This document shows, one piece after another, positions 27,256 to 33,396 of a stretch of DNA of 33,396 bases. The notes beneath the pieces were generated by a model. That model made no database searches and had not been told where the DNA came from. It worked only from the letters and a program-made list of their open reading frames with translations. The stretch spans positions 1 to 33,396 of IMG/VR virus record IMGVR_UViG_3300005837_000440. One strand, 5' to 3'. Made by a program: the position numbers and the translations under genes. The stretch comes from a virus (lineage: Duplodnaviria > Caudoviricetes). Numbering within the stretch: position 1 is the stretch's first letter; each line of letters opens with the position of its first letter.

Positions 27256-27968
27256 TCTCCCGTAACAGGATTGAACGTCGGTTCTTCATCGGTCATTTCA
27301 AAGTCAATAACGTCGAAGTCGTCATCGAAATCCTCGATGTCATCATCGTCGCTCATTGCTTCAACGATGTTATCAACAACGGCGTCTATGATTTCAAACT
27401 CTTCATCGGGTACTTCCTCCCAAATGTCATCACGGAACAACGGTGGTAGCAACGTGAATTCGTTCTCCAACGCTTCGATTGAAGGGATTGTTTCATCTTG
27501 CTCTACCATCGGCGCAACGATGTAAAACCATTCATCTTTGACGCTCAATAGGACAGGTGCGTTCTCAGTAAATTCATCGTCATGCTTCACACATAGACCG
27601 TAGATGTGTACGCGGTCATTTACACGCTGAAATTGGCGCAAGAACCATTGAATGTATGTGACATCGTAGGCCGTTCTTGAAATGAAGACCTTCTTGAGTT
27701 TTTCATATCCATTCTCCTTCCATTGCTTCTTTGTATCATTGATGCGTTGGTTCTCATCCTTTGGTGAAATGAAACCGAGATGTTCCCATTTTCGATTGTA
27801 GACAAGCGCTTCGATTGCATGCCATTGGTCTTGCTTTGGTTTGTTATCATCACGATTCAACTTTGAAGTGAATGGATGTAGACAAGCGACATGTGATTGA
27901 GAAACATGCGCATCACTTATCTTCACAGGTAGAAACTTGTTGATTTTATCACGACTTGGGCGACTCAT
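27246..27968 (-). CDS. Hypothetical protein with acidic DFD tail and FNPVTGEWE terminus
   Basis: 240-aa ORF. Confidence 0.7.
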   Translation of the reverse strand: MSRPSRDKINKFLPVKISDAHVSQSHVACLHPFTSKLNRDDNKPKQDQWHAIEALVYNRKWEHLGFISPKDENQRINDTKKQWKENGYEKLKKVFISRTAYDVTYIQWFLRQFQRVNDRVHIYGLCVKHDDEFTENAPVLLSVKDEWFYIVAPMVEQDETIPSIEALENEFTLLPPLFRDDIWEEVPDEEFEIIDAVVDNIVEAMSDDDDIEDFDDDFDVIDFEMTDEEPTFNPVTGEWE

Positions 27969-28345
27969 TCTAAATCCTCCAACTGTTCATAGAGTGATGC
28001 GAGGGTTCTCAAGTCATGTGAACCATAACCTGTATGCTCCATGCTGTCCTTGAGTGCGTCGATTTGACTTCGCAATTCACTCTTCTTGTGTTCCTTGCTG
28101 ACAAACTCAACAACGACACCATCATTTGACCATGTGAATTCATGTCCTGTTTCAAGTAGTTCGTTGAATTTTTCTATGTCATGTTCAGTAATCATAAACG
28201 AGATGTCTTTTAATTTCGGCATCCTTTCATCTTGTAGTCTTTCGATTACACTTTTCTGTGTGCGACAGTAAAGTAACAAGTCGTTGATGTCGCTACTACC
28301 ACACATTTCAATCATTTCTTGTTCGATTATTCCGTCTTCATTCAT
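27965..28345 (-). CDS. Hypothetical protein
   Basis: 126 aa, GGAGG RBS, ATGA-coupled. Confidence 0.65.
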   Translation of the reverse strand: MNEDGIIEQEMIEMCGSSDINDLLLYCRTQKSVIERLQDERMPKLKDISFMITEHDIEKFNELLETGHEFTWSNDGVVVEFVSKEHKKSELRSQIDALKDSMEHTGYGSHDLRTLASLYEQLEDLE

Positions 28346-28794
28346 TCAAAATCCTCCACGATGCTTTCTTCCTCTTCAGCCCATACATCTTTGCGCGCTT
28401 CTTCGGCTCGGTCAAGTGCGTTCTGACTCCATTCGGTTCGTGTTCGGTCTTCACCGCACGAAACCCAAATCCAAAAGCGACAGCGATTGAGTTCAACGTA
28501 GTGCTTTGCACCCTCTTCCCAATGCTCACTCGCTTCGGTTGGTTTGTTGTTGAAGTGTTCTCGCATCCATTTTTTGCATTGCGTCTTGTTGATGATAAGA
28601 GATGGTGCGCCCCAACCACCGCTAATGCGGATGATGTCTGTGCGTTCTTCTTTTTCATTCCACAACTTGACATTAGGATACTTTGCATTGTATCGCAAGT
28701 CCACCTCCAATTCATGTAGCGCATCGCTGATGCTATACACCTTCGTCTTTCGTTCTTCGTGCTTCTGTTCTTCCTTGTTTTGTTCTTGTATCAT
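28342..28794 (-). CDS. Hypothetical protein
   Basis: 150 aa, ATGA-coupled on both sides. Confidence 0.65.
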   Translation of the reverse strand: MIQEQNKEEQKHEERKTKVYSISDALHELEVDLRYNAKYPNVKLWNEKEERTDIIRISGGWGAPSLIINKTQCKKWMREHFNNKPTEASEHWEEGAKHYVELNRCRFWIWVSCGEDRTRTEWSQNALDRAEEARKDVWAEEEESIVEDFE

Positions 28795-29141
28795 TCAAAT
28801 TCCCCCGTTAGTGGATTAAATTCTTTCTCAATCTTTGTGACCATGTTTGCAGGTATCGTCCATGTAATCGTAACATGGTCGTCGTCACGCACCTTGAGTT
28901 TGGTGCGCCCTTTACTGATGATTACGCCTGTAAGAGTTTCCCCGTAGCGCTTATCTTTCTTGCGATTGTTCTCCCACGATACGCGGTCACCAACCTTAAA
29001 CTCGAAAATCTTGTTCATGTTGTTGGTCATTCGCTTGTGTTTGATGAGGTCACAGCAATGTGAGTTAATAATCACAAGAGCGCCTTCATCACATTCGTCA
29101 AGCGCTTTTAAAATTTCATCGACAGTAGTGAAGTCACTCAT
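28791..29141 (-). CDS. Hypothetical protein with SH3/KOW-like segment
   Basis: FKVGDRVSW...TGVIISKGRTKLKV; ends in FNPLTGEFE. Confidence 0.6.
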   Translation of the reverse strand: MSDFTTVDEILKALDECDEGALVIINSHCCDLIKHKRMTNNMNKIFEFKVGDRVSWENNRKKDKRYGETLTGVIISKGRTKLKVRDDDHVTITWTIPANMVTKIEKEFNPLTGEFE

Positions 29142-29716
29142 TCGTCCACCGCCCATTCGCCACCTGTTGAGCGTCCTTCGGAAACAGACATCTGAAGTTT
29201 AGCAAGCGTCTGTTTGTCCAACTTTGTGAGTGCGTTACCCCACTCAAACTTCTCGTACCGTCCCGAATTCCATTCATCGACATTGACACCGATAGGCGGT
29301 GGGCTGTTGATGCCACCCGTTGCAGGGTCAAAGGTAACTTGGTCGAATTTTTCACACACGACAGCCATCATACCACCACGATGTCCACTCATGTTCAAAT
29401 CTCTCGTTACTATCGTCCATCCCCATGCATCACGGCATGCTGAACCACCACAAGGGCAGTCGCCTACGGTGAATACCAATGGCAATCCGTTCTTGTCAAA
29501 GCCATCACAAACATCAAGTTGTGATATGCGCTCTTCCCAACCTTCAATACTCTTGAGAGTTATGTCAATCATCGGGTGTCCTTCGGGTATGTCGGGTAGT
29601 GTTTCTTCGATGAAGATACGTCGAACCTCATCGACGCTCTTCCCTTTCAATACCACCTTTCGTATTACTTTCAATCTGCTTTTATCTGCTGTATTTTTGT
29701 TACTCATTGCACTCAT
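29138..29716 (-). CDS. Hypothetical protein with Cys cluster
   Basis: CPCGGSAC; GGAGG RBS. Confidence 0.65.
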   Translation of the reverse strand: MSAMSNKNTADKSRLKVIRKVVLKGKSVDEVRRIFIEETLPDIPEGHPMIDITLKSIEGWEERISQLDVCDGFDKNGLPLVFTVGDCPCGGSACRDAWGWTIVTRDLNMSGHRGGMMAVVCEKFDQVTFDPATGGINSPPPIGVNVDEWNSGRYEKFEWGNALTKLDKQTLAKLQMSVSEGRSTGGEWAVDE

Positions 29717-29862
29717 TGTTCTACCTCCACTTTCTCAAATGGAATCATTACATTGCTTGAACCGCATCGCTTATCGCATGCGTCCATCAACATGTGTGTG
29801 CCGACCCTCGCATGAGGACGGATGTTCATGTGTCCACACTTGCAACGCCAACCGACGCTCAA
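29713..29862 (-). CDS. Small Zn-ribbon protein (49 aa, TTG start), not in ORF track
   Basis: WRCKCG...CDKRCGS; GAGGTGA RBS; coupled to both neighbours. Confidence 0.55.
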   Translation of the reverse strand: MSVGWRCKCGHMNIRPHARVGTHMLMDACDKRCGSSNVMIPFEKVEVEQ

Positions 29863-30437
29863 ATCTTCACCTCATAGACCATGTTGCCTTCGTCATCTCG
29901 ACTCCATGAGCCACCGACGCCGATTGAATCTCCGATTGCATCAAGTACACGCTCATACAATTGAGCATCCAAACGATGTAGGTTCTCAACAAACGAATCA
30001 GCGTCCATTGTAACTGTGACAAGACCTGTGATTGTTGGGCGCTCTTTGCGGGAAGCCTCAATTGCATCATCTTCTAACTGTAGAGGGCGCTCATCAATCC
30101 AATCGTGGACGATGGCTTGCACCTCTTCCTTTCGTTCATCTTCGGGCATGATGCCCTCGTAGATGTTCGCGGCTTGTAGTGGCGTGATGTTGCTGTAGTA
30201 CACAATACGCTTGTAGTGTACATCGCGCTTTTGAAAAACGCCCCCATTTGCAACGGCACTCTTCAAGGCGTTTCGCATCTGTACTTCTGTTGGTTTCCAT
30301 GTGCGCTTATGTACACGGTCAATTGCCATGCGAAGAGTCAATGGCTCTTCGGCATAGTCAATTAAGCGCGTGACAAACGCTACATTGGTTTCCTTCGGTT
30401 CTTTCTTCATTTTTCTTTGTTGGGTATTATTTAACAT
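29859..30437 (-). CDS. Putative winged-helix DNA-binding protein
   Basis: EPLTLRMAIDRV...PTEVQMRNALK...VFQK...VYY pattern; GGAGG RBS before MLNN at 30437. Confidence 0.5.
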   Translation of the reverse strand: MLNNTQQRKMKKEPKETNVAFVTRLIDYAEEPLTLRMAIDRVHKRTWKPTEVQMRNALKSAVANGGVFQKRDVHYKRIVYYSNITPLQAANIYEGIMPEDERKEEVQAIVHDWIDERPLQLEDDAIEASRKERPTITGLVTVTMDADSFVENLHRLDAQLYERVLDAIGDSIGVGGSWSRDDEGNMVYEVKI

Positions 30438-30531
30438 TCTTTTACCTCCGTTTTGGTGGTGACGTTGCACCATTCTTGTCGTAGCGCTTACGCTGTAAGC
30501 AACTTCAATCAAGGGTGTATTGTCAAAGGGT

Positions 30532-30572
30532 GGAGGGGGATGTGGGGCATGGGAAAAAGCACATCCCCCTCC
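30532..30572. terminator. Perfect 13-bp GC-rich hairpin downstream of the 697-aa gene (terminator, stabiliser or sRNA)
   Basis: GGAGGGGGATGTG (30532-30544) / CACATCCCCCTCC (30560-30572), 15-nt loop; further small stems at 30576-30642. Confidence 0.55.
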
Positions 30573-30649
30573 TAAGAGAGTGTAGTCGCACTTTCGGTGA
30601 CGACAAGACCTTGTTACTCGTTACGACTGTGTAGTAAACAGTTACTTAC

Positions 30650-32743
30650 TCAATTGTTTTGAACGATGAGTGTTTTCTTCCATGTATCTTGATACAATGG
30701 AATGTCTTCGATGGAAGTGAGTTCGCTCTTCTTTGCGTTCTTCGTAGCCTTCATTGGTACTTTGAGCGCCGATGGGTTCTCTTCAAAGAATTGTCGGAAG
30801 TGCGCCATGTCTTCAATTTCATCAACATCGAAGTGTTCGCAGTATGATGCAACAGCGCTGTGAGCAATGTCTTCAAAGAAGTTGGTTGCTTTTCCACTCT
30901 TACGCATGAAGTTGTCCATCTTCTCACCTGTACCTGTCATTGGCTTGTTGGTGTTACCATCAACAAAGATAGGCTTGTGCGTGAGATAACCCGATACAAC
31001 ATTGTAGGCGTGGCTGAGTGTACCAACCGCATCACCCTCGACCTTAACGAAGTCCAAGTCGGGGTCAATCCAACCATTGTTCATGGCCTTCCAAGCGTGT
31101 CCGTGTGTCACCTTGCTGATGTTCTCCAATGCCTTGACAGGGATGTTTGGTAGTGGGTTGCCCTCTTTGTCAAACACCTTGTCATAGTTCGCCATATCGA
31201 CCTTGACACTCGGTTGAGTTACCAAGCCTTGTCGGTCAAATGCTGTGAGTAGACGGTCAAAGGTTTGCATTTCGATTGGAAGGTTGCGTAGAACACCCAT
31301 ACAAAGCAAGTGCTGTTGCGCTTCAAGGAAAGCGGCTCGCAACTTCTGTGCGATGTCGCCGACATCGAAAGCGGCCATTGAACCACTCATGTGTCGTACC
31401 TTGAACATCAATTCGTTTGAACCGCGCATAGCCAAATTCTTACAGTAGGTGCGCATAACAGTCAAGTAACCTGCAAGAGCGCCCTTTCCATCGTTCTGAT
31501 TGACGATTGTAACACCACATCGGTGACCACCGTTCTCTTCTGCGAGGAAGGCTTCTCTTGTATTCGCATTGAGGTTGAGATAACCTGTCAAACTTTCAGC
31601 CGCATCCTTTCGATACTTTGTTGCCATGTCGCTGATGTCAATGGTCAAGGAAGCCTTAGCGCCCTTGTCGTATGATACAGCATCCCACACTACACCTTCG
31701 ATGTCATCGACTGCTTCAACGATAGGGATGATGAGGTCGGGGTGGTCGAGGTGTTGGAAGTTTGGACCCATAGCGCGGTTGAGAACAGCACCATAGACAG
31801 GATGCTTTGGGCTGTTCGGCGCTTGTGTCATCGGCTTACCTGCGAGAGTTGGGTTGGTCAAGATGCTTACACGCTCATTACCTTGTGCGTCACGCATAGG
31901 AATGTGAGTGTTCACCTGTGGTAGAATAGCGTTGAGTTCTGCTACAAGAGCATCAACCTTACCTTCACCAACGTAATCGGCGCAAATCTGAGCAACTTCG
32001 TTCTCAAGTTCTTGTTGGGCTTCGGGGTTGGGGTAACGAACATCGACAGGAAGTCGGAGAGCGCGGTAATTCCACGGCCCAAAGTCCTTGTCACGCTTAC
32101 CACGAAGCATCGAGGCGGCGATGTCTGTTTTGAGTCCCAATTCCTTCGACTTGTCTTCGACTTGAGCGTAGAGTTTTTCACGCAGTTTGGCGGCATCCTT
32201 AGCGGCTTTCTCCTTTGCGCTTATCTTCTTGCTGTCATCGCTGTCGTCACCGTCGTTTGGTAGAGTGGTGACTGCGCTTGTGGTAGACAATTCGATTCCG
32301 TTTTCTACGACAGGTACGCTGTCATCAAAGTCTTCAATGTCGTCATCAAAGTCTTCAACACCGTCGTCGGATTCGACTACATCGAAGTCATCAAAGTCTA
32401 CGATGTCGTCAGATTCGACAACAGGTGGGAAGATGTCTGCAACAGCCTGTCCTTCCTTCCATGCATCTGAAATGTCCTGTTGGACGCTACCTTCGATAGC
32501 GCATTGGTAGACATCGGCGACATTGATATTAGCGCCTTTCAGTTGCACAGACTTCAGAAGAAAAGCGATGTTGCCATCGCTCAACTCTTCGGTGTGTTCA
32601 ATCATCTCCTGTAGGATGAAGCGTTCAACTGTACCCTTGTTGGGGTCGTTGAAGGTCACCTTCACCTTTGGGTCTTCCATGTTGCTTTCTTCGGTCAATT
32701 GACCGAAAACAACAGTTCGTGCTTGCTTGTTTTCTTTCGGCAT
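30650..32743 (-). CDS. Large protein with acidic linker and DUF932/DUF945-like C-terminal domain
   Basis: GVTIVNQNDGKGAL...MRTYCKN...KVRH resembles the DUF932 N.hDG...R..C.N...H signature; GGAGG RBS. Confidence 0.65.
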   Translation of the reverse strand: MPKENKQARTVVFGQLTEESNMEDPKVKVTFNDPNKGTVERFILQEMIEHTEELSDGNIAFLLKSVQLKGANINVADVYQCAIEGSVQQDISDAWKEGQAVADIFPPVVESDDIVDFDDFDVVESDDGVEDFDDDIEDFDDSVPVVENGIELSTTSAVTTLPNDGDDSDDSKKISAKEKAAKDAAKLREKLYAQVEDKSKELGLKTDIAASMLRGKRDKDFGPWNYRALRLPVDVRYPNPEAQQELENEVAQICADYVGEGKVDALVAELNAILPQVNTHIPMRDAQGNERVSILTNPTLAGKPMTQAPNSPKHPVYGAVLNRAMGPNFQHLDHPDLIIPIVEAVDDIEGVVWDAVSYDKGAKASLTIDISDMATKYRKDAAESLTGYLNLNANTREAFLAEENGGHRCGVTIVNQNDGKGALAGYLTVMRTYCKNLAMRGSNELMFKVRHMSGSMAAFDVGDIAQKLRAAFLEAQQHLLCMGVLRNLPIEMQTFDRLLTAFDRQGLVTQPSVKVDMANYDKVFDKEGNPLPNIPVKALENISKVTHGHAWKAMNNGWIDPDLDFVKVEGDAVGTLSHAYNVVSGYLTHKPIFVDGNTNKPMTGTGEKMDNFMRKSGKATNFFEDIAHSAVASYCEHFDVDEIEDMAHFRQFFEENPSALKVPMKATKNAKKSELTSIEDIPLYQDTWKKTLIVQNN
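32321..32422. repeat. Imperfect repeats encoding (V/I)(E/V)DFDD
   Basis: GTCATCAAAGTCTTCAA at 32321 and 32342; GTCATCAAAGTCT at 32387. Confidence 0.75.
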
Positions 32744-32745
32744 AC

Positions 32746-32916
32746 TTATTTTCCTCCTTGTTTTTTGTGTCCTGTGGACTGTGTTGTGCGAGATTTCAAG
32801 TTCTCGCAGTATATCTCAATGACTTTCTTGAAGTCCTTGAGTCGTTGTTGTCGTCGTTCTTCTTCATCATCAACGATGATGTAAACGTGGGATTGTAGAT
32901 AAGGTTGAGTCGTCAT
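32746..32916 (-). CDS. Small hypothetical protein (56 aa), not in ORF track
   Basis: MTTQPYLQSHVYIIVDDEEERRQQRLKDFKK...; fills the operon gap. Confidence 0.5.
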   Translation of the reverse strand: MTTQPYLQSHVYIIVDDEEERRQQRLKDFKKVIEIYCENLKSRTTQSTGHKKQGGK

Positions 32917-33032
32917 TCCGCATCACTCTTGTAACAGTTGTAACATGTCCAACCTTCTTTTTTCAAATCGTCATCCATTAGATGACAATTGCATACCAAT
33001 TTTTCTCCATTAGCATCTCTTCTCTTAGTCAT
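32913..33032 (-). CDS. Small Cys4 protein (39 aa), not in ORF track
   Basis: CNCH...WTCYNC; ATGA-coupled. Confidence 0.5.
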   Translation of the reverse strand: MTKRRDANGEKLVCNCHLMDDDLKKEGWTCYNCYKSDAE

Positions 33033-33391
33033 TCAGATTCCTCCAAATCGAAATCCAATACGTCTGAATCGTCATCATCGAAATCCAATACGTCTGAATC
33101 GTCCCAATCGAAGTCTTGTATTTCTGACACGCGCTTATCTCCTGTATTATCCTGTGTTGTAGGAGGTATATTAAGATTAGCGCCTATTTGATTTGATTCG
33201 ATGAATGTGTGGCATCCATCTGTTGAGCATTCCTTCATACCTTGAGCATGATTCCACCAATAACCATCGGTGCATCGAGGGCATTCGATTAGATTAGCGC
33301 TGACTCCACCGTATGTCAAGTGCTTTCCACCGTGTAGAACATCAACTGAGTTCTTCCACAAGTAAACGTGCGTCGATGGTGTGTTCACCAT
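33029..33391 (-). CDS. Zn-ribbon protein with acidic repeat tail (may extend beyond window)
   Basis: CPRC...CSTDGC; tail DFDWDDSDVLDFDDDDSDVLDFD. Confidence 0.6.
   Translation of the reverse strand: MVNTPSTHVYLWKNSVDVLHGGKHLTYGGVSANLIECPRCTDGYWWNHAQGMKECSTDGCHTFIESNQIGANLNIPPTTQDNTGDKRVSEIQDFDWDDSDVLDFDDDDSDVLDFDLEESE
33047..33103. repeat. Perfect 27-bp direct repeat, 30-bp period
   Basis: ATCGAAATCCAATACGTCTGAATCGTC at 33047 and 33077. Confidence 0.9.
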
Positions 33392-33396
33392 CTCTC

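Noticed and set aside
28338-28724. Alternative-frame 128-aa ORF overlapping 28342..28794
   Set aside because: The 150-aa frame is ATGA-coupled at both ends and has typical composition; this frame lacks such support.
30576-30649. Hammerhead ribozyme or tRNA in the structured gap
   Set aside because: No CUGANGA core paired with GAAA, and no cloverleaf or T-loop consensus found.
33047-33103. 27-bp direct repeat as a mini-CRISPR
   Set aside because: The spacer is only 3 bp and the repeat is in frame within a coding acidic tail.

Overview
Fragment of a large tailed dsDNA archaeal virus genome. Gene content (viral group II chaperonin plus an archaeal-type replisome) best fits a magrovirus-like virus of Marine Group II Poseidoniales; this assignment is inference, not a database result. 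Positions 1-4791 (+) hold the end of a late/structural block: a collagen-repeat fibre, small Zn-finger and membrane ORFs, and very basic modular proteins punctuated by a recurring (P)MDxAxxxLK peptide. Positions 4792-33396 (-) form one tightly packed block. It runs thermosome, DEDD exonuclease, MCM-like ATPase, ERCC4 nuclease, fused primase, Cas4-like nuclease, PolB, PCNA-like clamp, P-loop ATPase, putative SSB, RFC, LAGLIDADG-like protein, degenerate ATP-ligase, SNF2 helicase, DenV-like glycosylase, many small ORFs and a DUF932-like protein. Best leads: (1) a putative protease-cleavage/capsid-targeting code in the basic late proteins; (2) a structured intergenic region at 19242-19498 holding a candidate ~90-nt sRNA antisense to the MCM-like gene leader, a 15-bp inverted repeat and a homolog of the MCM upstream region; (3) non-canonical PolB and ligase active sites; (4) short motifs shared among unrelated early proteins. 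No tRNA, rRNA, CRISPR array or integrase was seen.
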